The notes beneath the pieces are model-generated. The model was given only the letters and a program-made list of their open reading frames with translations. It was not told the DNA's origin and did not search any database. 64,000 nucleotides of DNA from an uncultured Clostridia bacterium (GTDB lineage Bacteria; Bacillota; Clostridia; TANB77; CAG-508), in contig CANRGN010000008.1 of the NCBI GenBank assembly GCA_947630235.1, forward strand, positions 491 to 64,490, read 5' to 3'. This document shows, piece by piece, positions 31,765 through 40,465 of the stretch (positions are counted from its first letter, which is position 1; each line of letters begins with the position of its first letter). The position numbers were made by a program, and so were the translations under genes.

Positions 31765-31827
31765 TTTACTAATTAAGTTAACGAAATAGCTAACTTTACT
31801 CCTTTCTATTTATTAATATAAAGAATA

Positions 31828-33078
31828 TCATCCACCAATTCTAACTATATCATTAAATGCTATATAAAAAGAAAGTGCAATAAGAAAAGAAAAACCTAAC
31901 ATTTGTATTTTAATTTCTATATCTTCTTTTAATGGCTTTCTTCTAATAGCCTCTATAATTAAAAGAAGTAATCTACCTCCATCTAAAGCTGGTATTGGTA
32001 ATAAATTTGAAACACCTAAAGATAAAGAAATAATACTAAGTAAATAAATAAATTCTGAAAACCCTTTTGTTTGAGCAATTGTGCTAGAAATACCAATTGG
32101 CCCCATCATTTGATCTACTTTTACATTTCCAGTAAACATCATTTTTAGATTCTTACCAATTTCTTTTAGATAACTAGTAGTTTGCCAGAATCCAAAATAT
32201 AATCTATTTTTAATATTTTTTTCTGCTGGTTTTAACATAACCCCCAATATATATTTTGGAACATCTTCAGCTATTACTTTTTTTTCTATACTTAAGCCAT
32301 TTCTTTCAACTGTAAAAATCAATTCATCCATATTCATGTTTTCTGTAATTTGATCTGGTTCATTTATAGAATTTCCATTTATTTTTTGAATTAAATCACC
32401 CTTCTTAAGTCCAGCTTTTTCAGCAGGACTATCCTCAACGATATATTGAATTTGAACATCATTTTCATTAAGATTAGAAAAATAAACACCAATATATTTA
32501 TTTATTATTTTAGATGCTTTTACTTTTATTTGCTTTTTATTACCATTTCTATTTATTATTAAATCTAAATTTTCATTTTTTATATTTTCTAAAGCCTCAT
32601 CTAAATCATTTTTTATATGAATATTTTTACCATTAATTTTTAAAATAGTATCTCCAGGTTTTAATTCCTTTAAGTTTTCACTATAATTAGTTTCAATAGT
32701 GTCAATTGTAGTTGAAATTTGATTAAAATCTATTGAAACCCAAGAAAAATAAACAATAAGACCAAAAACTATATTTACAGTAGCACCAGCTATAACAATA
32801 GCAATTCTTTTCCAAACAGAAGCTTCACTAAATGATCCTTTTTCACTTTTTCTTTCAGCTTCGCCTAACATATCTACAAATCCACCTAATGGAATAAGCC
32901 TTAAAGTATATTTTGTTTCTTTTCCATTATGAACTAATACTTTAGGACCAAAGCCAATTGAAAACTCTCTAACCTTTACTTTGCAAGCTTTTGCAACTAA
33001 AAAATGTCCACCTTCATGAATTAGTATTAAAAAACCTAATACAAATATAATTTTTAATGCACCTATTAAAAAACTCAC
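31828..33078 (-). CDS. rseP: RIP site-2 metalloprotease (M50) RseP/YluC
   Basis: HEGGHFLVAK zinc motif, PDZ domains (LKPGDTILKING, LKKGDLIQKING), and C-terminal LPIPALDGG. Confidence 0.85.
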   Translation of the reverse strand: MSFLIGALKIIFVLGFLILIHEGGHFLVAKACKVKVREFSIGFGPKVLVHNGKETKYTLRLIPLGGFVDMLGEAERKSEKGSFSEASVWKRIAIVIAGATVNIVFGLIVYFSWVSIDFNQISTTIDTIETNYSENLKELKPGDTILKINGKNIHIKNDLDEALENIKNENLDLIINRNGNKKQIKVKASKIINKYIGVYFSNLNENDVQIQYIVEDSPAEKAGLKKGDLIQKINGNSINEPDQITENMNMDELIFTVERNGLSIEKKVIAEDVPKYILGVMLKPAEKNIKNRLYFGFWQTTSYLKEIGKNLKMMFTGNVKVDQMMGPIGISSTIAQTKGFSEFIYLLSIISLSLGVSNLLPIPALDGGRLLLLIIEAIRRKPLKEDIEIKIQMLGFSFLIALSFYIAFNDIVRIGG

Positions 33079-33094
33079 TTTACCCCTCCAAAAT

Positions 33095-33904
33095 CTAACC
33101 TAGCAATATTATAAAACTATAATATGCAAATGGAGCAATGAAAATTATACTATCAATTCTATCAATCATTCCACCATGGCCAGGAAATAAATCACTAAAA
33201 TCCTTAACTTCAAAATGTCTTTTTATAACAGAAGCAGAAAAATCTCCTATTTGACCAATAATTCCAAGAATTGCAGATATTATTATAATATGTAAATATT
33301 CAATATTTAAAGGAAAAGCTTTATTTATAAAAAATGTATAAATTAAAGATAAAATAATAGCTCCAAGTAAACCAGCTATACAGCCTTCTATAGTTTTATT
33401 AGGACTAATTTTACTAAATTTATGTTTTCCAAAATGTTTACCTATTATGTATGCAAGTATATCAGATCCCCAAGCTGATAACATTATATACCAAATATAT
33501 ATTTTTCCATTTTTAGCACCATATAATAAAGAAAAAAATACAATTAATGTTATTAAATAAAAAGTACCTGTAACAGTATAAACAACATCTTTATATGTAT
33601 TTTTTCCATCTGTAATTATTACTTGAAAAAATGCAAAAAGTAAAAATACAGGAATAATTATAGGTAATACTTTAAGCCATATATCTTTTGATATAATGTG
33701 TAAAAAAGCAATCATTATAGCTGGAATATAAGCAATCCATGAAATTATATTACAAGTTTTTTTAGCACATGTACTATATTCATAAATACTTCTAATTGCA
33801 ACTATTGCTAATAATATATCAATAATTATCGGATTTGCCAAAACAAAAATAGCAATAATAATTGGCATACCTATAACAGTAGTTAAAACTCTTTTAATAT
33901 TCAT
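33095..33904 (-). CDS. cdsA: phosphatidate cytidylyltransferase
   Basis: Polytopic membrane protein with the C-terminal CdsA signature SASVIKRHFEVKDFSDLFPGHGGMIDRIDS. Confidence 0.85.
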   Translation of the reverse strand: MNIKRVLTTVIGMPIIIAIFVLANPIIIDILLAIVAIRSIYEYSTCAKKTCNIISWIAYIPAIMIAFLHIISKDIWLKVLPIIIPVFLLFAFFQVIITDGKNTYKDVVYTVTGTFYLITLIVFFSLLYGAKNGKIYIWYIMLSAWGSDILAYIIGKHFGKHKFSKISPNKTIEGCIAGLLGAIILSLIYTFFINKAFPLNIEYLHIIIISAILGIIGQIGDFSASVIKRHFEVKDFSDLFPGHGGMIDRIDSIIFIAPFAYYSFIILLG

Positions 33905-33927
33905 AATTTATTATTATCCTTTACAAA

Positions 33928-34635
33928 TTATTTTGCCCCAAATTTTCTTGTTCTTTGGTTAAATATTTCAATACACTTATCCAAATCCTCTGAATTAAAA
34001 TCTGGCCAATTTTTATCTAAGAATACAAATTCAGTATAAACTAATTGCCAAGGTAAAAAATTACTTGTTCTATATTCACCACTTGTTCTAATTAGTAAAT
34101 CTGGATCTGGCATTCCTGCTGTATATAAATAGTTTTTAAATAAATCTTCTGTAATAAATTCTTCATTTATTTTTCCATCTTTAACATCTTTAGAGATTTT
34201 CTTTACAGCTTTAACAATTTCATCTCTTCCACCATAATTTAGAGCAATTGCAAATGTTGTTCCAGTATTATTTTTAGTTTTTTCAATACAATCTAATATA
34301 CTAGTTTGAAGATCTTCTTTTAAAGCTGTAATATCTCCTAAAACTTTTACAACAATATTTTGTGTTTGCGCTTTCTTACTATATTTATCTAGATATGTTC
34401 TAAGCAAAAACATTAAACTAGAAATTTCTTCTTCACTTCTCTTCCAATTTTCTGTAGAAAAAGCATATACAGTAATATATTTTAGCCCAATTTCATTTGC
34501 ATATTCAACTATTTTTTCAATAGTTTTTGCACCTTCCGAATGACCAAGCTTAACTGGTAAATTTCTTTTTTTTGCCCATCTCCTATTTCCATCCATTATT
34601 ATAGCAATATGAGTAGGTATATTTTGATTATTCAT
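33928..34635 (-). CDS. uppS: isoprenyl transferase (undecaprenyl-diphosphate synthase)
   Basis: HIAIIMDGNRRWA, TVYAFSTENWKR and LLIRTSGEYRTSNFLPWQ. Confidence 0.9.
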   Translation of the reverse strand: MNNQNIPTHIAIIMDGNRRWAKKRNLPVKLGHSEGAKTIEKIVEYANEIGLKYITVYAFSTENWKRSEEEISSLMFLLRTYLDKYSKKAQTQNIVVKVLGDITALKEDLQTSILDCIEKTKNNTGTTFAIALNYGGRDEIVKAVKKISKDVKDGKINEEFITEDLFKNYLYTAGMPDPDLLIRTSGEYRTSNFLPWQLVYTEFVFLDKNWPDFNSEDLDKCIEIFNQRTRKFGAK

Positions 34636-34674
34636 AATATATCTAATTCCTCCCTAGAAACACTTTTCGTATCC

Positions 34675-35226
34675 CTAAATTGACATTACTTCTTTCTCTT
34701 TTTCTTCAAACATTTTATCAATTTCAGCTATATATTTATCAGTTAATTTTTGGATATTTTCTTCATCTTTTGCAAGTTCATCTTCTGTAATTATATTATC
34801 TCTATTAGCTTTTTTAGAACTATCAATTCCATCTCTTCTAATTGATCTTATTGATACTTTAGTATCTTCAGCCATTTTTTTAATTTCTTTTACTAATTCT
34901 TTTCTTCTTTCTTCTGTAAGCTCAGGGAAGTTTAATCTTATAAGTTTTCCATCATTATTAGGATTTAATCCTATATCAGAAGCAATAATTGCTTTTTCTA
35001 TTTCTTTTAATACACTATTATCCCATGGTTGAATAACAATCATTCTAGCTTCAGGAACAGAAATTCCTGCAACTTGATTTATTGGAGTAGGTACACCATA
35101 ATAATTAATTGTTATTTTATTTAATATTGCAGGATTAGCTCTACCTGCTCTAACCTCTGATAAATTTTCTGCAAAAACACTAATAGTTTTTTTCATTTTT
35201 TCTTCAACATTTGATAAATCTGACAT
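34675..35226 (-). CDS. frr: ribosome recycling factor
   Basis: [28 protein letters not shown]...[17 protein letters not shown]. Confidence 0.95.
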   Translation of the reverse strand: MSDLSNVEEKMKKTISVFAENLSEVRAGRANPAILNKITINYYGVPTPINQVAGISVPEARMIVIQPWDNSVLKEIEKAIIASDIGLNPNNDGKLIRLNFPELTEERRKELVKEIKKMAEDTKVSIRSIRRDGIDSSKKANRDNIITEDELAKDEENIQKLTDKYIAEIDKMFEEKEKEVMSI

Positions 35227-35309
35227 AAAGTCCTCCTTGTTTTTTTAATCTATATAAAATTTTATGATATTGTATCACAAATTAAAAAAAATAACAGTAG
35301 TTTTTATAA

Positions 35310-35362
35310 AAATAAAAAAAAACTTGTGCACTTTTTTGAATTTTCCAAAGTGCACAAGTTTT
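35310..35362 (-). terminator. rho-independent terminator after greA
   Basis: 14-bp stem AACTTGTGCACTTT / AAAGTGCACAAGTT (35321-35334 / 35347-35360), followed on the minus strand by a long T-run. Confidence 0.8.
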
Positions 35363-35366
35363 TTCT

Positions 35367-35840
35367 TTATTTTTTTATTGATAATATTTTCATTTTTATA
35401 ACACCAGAAGGAGCTTCAACATTTACTATTTGATTTTTCTTTTTTCCCATTAAAGCTTTTCCAATTGGTGATTCATTTGAGATTTTATTTTGAGATAAAT
35501 CTACTTCTGTAGTTCCTACTATAGTATATTCCAAATCTTCATCAAACTCAATATCATGAAGTTTAACTATATTTCCTACTTGAACAGTTTCTGTATCAAT
35601 TTCAGATTCATCTATAATTCTTGCATATCTAATTTTTTGTTCAAGTTCTGCTATTTTATTTTCATTTGCTGCTTGAGCATTTTTTGCTTCATCATATTCT
35701 GAATTTTCAGATAAATCGCCAAAACCTAAAGCTACTTTAATTCTTTCAGCTATTTCCTGTCTTTTAACTGTTTTTAATTCTTCTAATTCCTTTTCTAAAT
35801 TTTCATATCCTTCTTGAGTTACTAGAAATTCTTTTTCCAT
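35367..35840 (-). CDS. greA: transcription elongation factor GreA
   Basis: LTQEGYENLEKELEELK...GDLSENSEYDEAK and a C-terminal FKBP-like domain ISNESPIGKALMGKK. Confidence 0.9.
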   Translation of the reverse strand: MEKEFLVTQEGYENLEKELEELKTVKRQEIAERIKVALGFGDLSENSEYDEAKNAQAANENKIAELEQKIRYARIIDESEIDTETVQVGNIVKLHDIEFDEDLEYTIVGTTEVDLSQNKISNESPIGKALMGKKKNQIVNVEAPSGVIKMKILSIKK

Positions 35841-35916
35841 TTTACATCATCCCTTCTTTTAGAAAGCTCGGAATTTGTCCTTGCATTATTACCACATAAT
35901 AATAAGATTTATTTCA

Positions 35917-36852
35917 TTATTTGTCAAGTACTTTCTTGGCAACTCCCAAAAATTCTTCATTTTTTATCATTCCATTTTCATTTTCTAGAAAGATTATTTC
36001 AATTTCATCTTTTTGAATTTCCTTTATAATATTATATACTGCTGTTTTTTTTCTTATTAAACTTTCATAAACATTTAAATAATTAAAATTTTTAAAAAGC
36101 TCTGCATATCGTACATATTTTTTTGGAAGAGATGTTTGTGCTTTAGTAATATTAATACCTTCAAAATTTCTATGATCTATCTCATAACCATTATCAAAAT
36201 TTATAAAATAAACTTTATTAAATATATTATATTTTTTTATTTCTTCTTCTTTAAAATCAATATTTACTATAATATCTACTTTACTCAAAGATTTTCTATA
36301 ATTATTTACCAAATTTATATCAATTCCTTCTTTTTTTAGTAATCTTTCCCCTACCTTTGAAAAATTTATTATATTATTGGTTACAACAGTTATAACTTTA
36401 AATTTATTTGCTAACATTTTTATATACTCTATTACTAATTCATAATTATCATCAACTAAAAATGCTATTTCTTTATCTATAAAATTTTCTTTATTTATTT
36501 CAGTAATATAATCTAGAATATTTGAAAGCATATACTTAAATACCCATTTGCCATCACAAATTTCGCAATCTTTTGTTTTAACCATACTCATAAATTCATC
36601 TTTGTAATACAATTCATCAGAAATACAAACAAAATTATTACCACTTAATTTTAATATCTTACCTAACTTTTTTAAAAATTTTTTATTTACTTTTGGAACT
36701 ACATAAACCACTTTATTTTCAATTTTCTTTTTAACTACAATTCCAAAAAATGATTTTAAATTCCATATTATTCTACTTATTTTCCAAAAAGCTCTATACT
36801 CTCTTTCTGTTAAATAATCTTCATCATTTAATCCTAATTCAAAATATAACAT
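35917..36852 (-). CDS. hypothetical protein
   Basis: 311-aa uninterrupted ORF in the co-oriented gene array. No recognisable motif. Confidence 0.45.
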   Translation of the reverse strand: MLYFELGLNDEDYLTEREYRAFWKISRIIWNLKSFFGIVVKKKIENKVVYVVPKVNKKFLKKLGKILKLSGNNFVCISDELYYKDEFMSMVKTKDCEICDGKWVFKYMLSNILDYITEINKENFIDKEIAFLVDDNYELVIEYIKMLANKFKVITVVTNNIINFSKVGERLLKKEGIDINLVNNYRKSLSKVDIIVNIDFKEEEIKKYNIFNKVYFINFDNGYEIDHRNFEGINITKAQTSLPKKYVRYAELFKNFNYLNVYESLIRKKTAVYNIIKEIQKDEIEIIFLENENGMIKNEEFLGVAKKVLDK

Positions 36853-36922
36853 AGCTCATCCACCTCTATATTAATATATTGTGGATGACCTTTTTTAGAA
36901 CAAAAAAATAAAAAAATCAAAA

Positions 36923-36950
36923 TAAAGCGGATATTTTCATATCCGCTTTA
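36923..36950 (-). terminator. rho-independent terminator
   Basis: Perfect 12-bp stem TAAAGCGGATAT / ATATCCGCTTTA with loop TTTC, and T-runs on both sides. Confidence 0.8.
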
Positions 36951-36956
36951 TTTTGA

Positions 36957-37202
36957 TTAGACGAAAAATTCTCCAAAGAATCTTTGCATTTTTCTGTTAA
37001 AATTTCTAAAAATTCTAAGAAATTTGTATTTCTGGTCTTTTTTGATAAAATTTTTTAATTCCCGGATAGCATCATTTAGATTATCACTTTCTAAATACCC
37101 TACTTGGTCAATCTTTCTATTGATTATTATCAAAAAGCCATATTTACTATTACCCCTTTCTATGATCAATACATACGAATCTGGATAACGAATGTACGGC
37201 AT
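36957..37202 (-). CDS. hypothetical 81-aa protein (contains an in-frame CGG-G that must be read through to reach the terminator-proximal stop)
   Basis: The ORF ends immediately before a strong terminator. CGG at 37062..37064 (ATC-CGG-GAA) is translated as R in AIRELKNF. A +1 shift here would stop after 2 codons. Confidence 0.4.
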   Translation of the reverse strand: MPYIRYPDSYVLIIERGNSKYGFLIIINRKIDQVGYLESDNLNDAIRELKNFIKKDQKYKFLRIFRNFNRKMQRFFGEFFV

Positions 37203-37319
37203 TACACCAGTCCCCTTTCAAATTATTTTTTGGGTTGTTAATTTTTGTACATTTAAATTATATCACGTATTTATGTTAATTTCAACTTTTTTTTTATAAT
37301 TAAACTACAATTTTCGATA

Positions 37320-40037
37320 TTATTCACCTTTTGTCCCATTACATTTTATAGCTTTCATAAATTCAACTATTACAAGTGGACTAAATATTAAAATAATAAG
37401 TTCAATTATATTATTAGTTGGTAAATGAGGTATACTAAATATTTCTCTTAAAGCTGGTACTAATAAAATTACAAACATTAAAGCTGCAGATACTGCAATT
37501 GCTCCAATTAGTTTTAAATTATTAAATATATTAGTTTTGAATATAGATTCTTTATTATCTCTAATATTAAATACATGAACTAATTCAGCTAAAGCTAGTG
37601 TTATAAATGCCATAGTCTGACCAATTTCTATTTTTGATTCATCTAAAGTTAATCCTTCAATAGGAGTGGTTGTTGTTTTTAAACCTACAACAAAAGCTAT
37701 TAAAGTAAGAAGTCCTATCATTATACCTTGATATACAATTCTCCATGTCATTCCTTTTGTAAATATACCTTTTGTATTTTTAATAGGTTTTCTTTTCATT
37801 ATATCCTTATTTGCAGGATCAAAAGCTAAAGCTAAGGCTGGAAGTGAATCTGTAACTAAGTTAATCCATAAAATATGAACAGGAAGTAAAATTTCTAAAT
37901 GGAATACATTTTCAATATTGCAGAATTTAGCAATTAAAGGTGTGAATAAAGTTGCTAAAAATAAAACTACTATTTCACCAACATTACTAGAAAGTAAGAA
38001 AGAAATTGCTTTTAGAATATTATCATAAATTCTTCTTCCTTCTTCAACAGCAGAAACTATAGTTGAAAAATTATCATCAGTTAAAATAACGTCAGCAGCT
38101 TCTTTTGAAACATCAGTACCTACTATACCCATTGCACATCCTATATCTGATGTTTTAAGTGCAGGACTATCGTTTACTCCATCACCTGTCATAGCTACAA
38201 CATCACCATGTTTTTGCCATGCTTTTACTATTCTAACTTTATGTTCTGGAGAAACCCTTGCATATACAGAATATTCTGTTATATGCTGTTCTAAGTATTC
38301 TTGTGGCATTTTTTCTAAATCTGCACCTGTTATTGCTTCAGATTCGTCTTTTAAAATTCCAAGCTCTTTTGCAATTGCAGAAGCTGTAACTTTATGATCA
38401 CCTGTAATCATAACAGTTTTAATTCCAGCAGATTTACATTTTGAAACAGCAGATTTAACTTCTTTTCTAGGAGGATCTATCATTCCAACCATACCTATAA
38501 ATATTAAATCTTTTTCTAGATCCTTAACCTCTTCTTTTGTAGGCATGTGATCTAATTCTTTATATGCACAAGCTAAAACTCTTAATGCATTTTTAGCCAT
38601 TTCTTCATTATTTTTTCTAATATCTCTAGCAAACTCACTTAAATTATATTTAACTTCTCCATTTAATTTATATCCACAACAACAATATAATAATTCATCC
38701 ACTCCACCTTTAGTATAAACCAAATATTTTCCATCTTTTTTATGAACTGTTGTCATAAGTTTTCTTTCAGAATCAAATGGAATTTCTTCTACCCTAGGAT
38801 TTTGTTCAAATATATTTTTATTATATTTTAACTTAAATCCCATATCAACTAAAGCTGTTTCAGTAGGATCTCCTGTAAGAACACCTCCATCACCGATTTT
38901 GGTATCATTACAAAGCATATTTATATAAACTAATGTATTTAATTCATCATCTTGATCTTTTATTTTTGAAAGATCAACTAATTTATTATTCCAATAAATT
39001 TTTTCTACAGTCATTTTATTTTGTGTTAAAGTACCTGTTTTATCAGAACAAATTACTGTAGCACAACCTAAAGTTTCAACAGCAGGAAGTCTTTTTACAA
39101 TGGCATTTCTTTTAACCATTCTTTGTACACCAATTGCTAAAACAATAGTTGTAATTGCAGCTAAACCTTCTGGAATTGCAGCAACAGCTAAAGAAACGGC
39201 AGTCATAAACATATTTATAACTGGTTTTCCTTGAAGTAATCCTAAACCAAAAATTACAAAACAAATTACTAAAGCGACAATTCCTAAAGTTTTACCAAGT
39301 GCATTTAATTTTACTTGAAGTGGTGTTTCTTGCTTTTCTGTACTATTTATAATTCCAGCAATTTTACCAACTTCAGTATTCATACCAGTTTCTACAACAA
39401 TACCCTTTCCTCTACCATAAGTAATTAAACTAGAAGAAAATAACATATTTATTCTATCACCAATTCCAACTTCTCCTTCTAGAGCTTGAGATTGTTTTTC
39501 AACAGGAACAGATTCACCTGTTAAAGAAGATTCTTGTGATTTTAAATTAACTGCATCTATAATTCTTAAATCTGCTGGAATATAATCACCTGTATCTAAT
39601 ATAACAATATCTCCAGGTACTAATTCTCTAGCAGGAATAACTGTTACAGTACCATTTCTTAAAACTTTAGATGCATGATCACTTAATTTTTGAAGAGCTT
39701 CTAAAGATTTTTCAGCTTTACTTTCTTGAGCAACACCAATAATTGCATTTACTATAACAACAATCATTATTATTATAGAATCGGCAATACCTTCTCCTTG
39801 AACATATCCAACAATTCCAGAAACAATTGCAGCTATAATTAAAACTATAATCATAAAATCTTTAAATTGTTCGATAAATCTTTCTAATAAAGATTTCTTT
39901 TTACCAGCTTTTAATTCATTAAATCCGTATTTTTCTCTATTTTGCTTTACTTGAGTATCATTTAATCCCTTTGAATTATCTACTCCAAATTCTTTTTCAA
40001 TATCAACAATTCTTTTGTTGTACCATTGTTCTTTCAT
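37320..40037 (-). CDS. P-type cation-transporting ATPase (Ca2+/Mn2+ PMCA/SERCA-like, type IIA)
   Basis: CSDKTGTLTQNKM phosphorylation motif, MITGDH, TGDGVNDSPALK hinge and 10 predicted TM segments. RBS is AGGAGGT. It is preceded by a yybP-ykoY-like leader. Confidence 0.9.
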   Translation of the reverse strand: MKEQWYNKRIVDIEKEFGVDNSKGLNDTQVKQNREKYGFNELKAGKKKSLLERFIEQFKDFMIIVLIIAAIVSGIVGYVQGEGIADSIIIMIVVIVNAIIGVAQESKAEKSLEALQKLSDHASKVLRNGTVTVIPARELVPGDIVILDTGDYIPADLRIIDAVNLKSQESSLTGESVPVEKQSQALEGEVGIGDRINMLFSSSLITYGRGKGIVVETGMNTEVGKIAGIINSTEKQETPLQVKLNALGKTLGIVALVICFVIFGLGLLQGKPVINMFMTAVSLAVAAIPEGLAAITTIVLAIGVQRMVKRNAIVKRLPAVETLGCATVICSDKTGTLTQNKMTVEKIYWNNKLVDLSKIKDQDDELNTLVYINMLCNDTKIGDGGVLTGDPTETALVDMGFKLKYNKNIFEQNPRVEEIPFDSERKLMTTVHKKDGKYLVYTKGGVDELLYCCCGYKLNGEVKYNLSEFARDIRKNNEEMAKNALRVLACAYKELDHMPTKEEVKDLEKDLIFIGMVGMIDPPRKEVKSAVSKCKSAGIKTVMITGDHKVTASAIAKELGILKDESEAITGADLEKMPQEYLEQHITEYSVYARVSPEHKVRIVKAWQKHGDVVAMTGDGVNDSPALKTSDIGCAMGIVGTDVSKEAADVILTDDNFSTIVSAVEEGRRIYDNILKAISFLLSSNVGEIVVLFLATLFTPLIAKFCNIENVFHLEILLPVHILWINLVTDSLPALALAFDPANKDIMKRKPIKNTKGIFTKGMTWRIVYQGIMIGLLTLIAFVVGLKTTTTPIEGLTLDESKIEIGQTMAFITLALAELVHVFNIRDNKESIFKTNIFNNLKLIGAIAVSAALMFVILLVPALREIFSIPHLPTNNIIELIILIFSPLVIVEFMKAIKCNGTKGE

Positions 40038-40170
40038 TTTTACCTCCTATTATATTATTTTAAAAATTTAAGTATTACATTATTAGCTAGTCCTTGTTAA
40101 ATTTACAATTAAATTTTCTTTTCACTAAATTATATACACTAATTTTTTTTATATTCCTCCTTACATTATA

Positions 40171-40227
40171 AAATAAGACTTTTAAGAAAATAATATTTTT
40201 CATATTACTCTCTTAAAAGTCTTGTTT
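40171..40227 (-). terminator. putative riboswitch-controlled attenuator hairpin
   Basis: On the minus-strand RNA, AAACAAGACUUUUAAGA (rc of 40211-40227, the 3' half of the riboswitch P1/conserved CAAGAC) pairs 16/17 with UCUUAAAAGUCUUAUUU (rc of 40171-40187), followed by the U-rich UAUAAU. This pairing is mutually exclusive with the aptamer P1. Confidence 0.5.
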
Positions 40228-40303
40228 ACTACTTATGGTAGCTTATTTACCAGGCTTTTTGCCGAGATTGTTGATAAATAATTTAAAACTACTCCCCTTT
40301 AGA
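40211..40303 (-). ncRNA. yybP-ykoY (Mn2+) riboswitch aptamer
   Basis: The minus-strand RNA is UCUAAAG-GGGAGUAG...(two hairpins)...GCUACCAUAAGUAGUAAACAAGAC-UUUUAAGA. It carries the hallmark GGGGAGUAG 5' loop and a hairpin + AAACAAGAC 3' loop, closed by P1 UCUAAAG/CUUUUAAGA. This architecture matches the L. lactis/B. subtilis Mn2+ riboswitch, and the class is known to control P-type ATPases and Mn exporters. Confidence 0.65.
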
Positions 40304-40315
40304 AATATTTATTAT

Positions 40316-40344
40316 ATTTTAATATTATTTATTATATTTGTCAA
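40316..40344 (-). promoter_or_regulatory. sigma-A-type promoter for the riboswitch-ATPase transcript
   Basis: On the minus strand: TTGACA (rc of 40339-40344), a 17-nt spacer, then TAAAAT (rc of 40316-40321). It sits ~12 nt upstream of the aptamer P1. Confidence 0.45.
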
Positions 40345-40465
40345 TTATTAACAATATATTTTAAAAACTCATATATATTTTTATTATTATTTTATAAAAA
40401 TAAAATAACTAAAAATAGAAAGAACTATAAATCCTAAACTATTTTTAGTTATTTATAATATTAAA

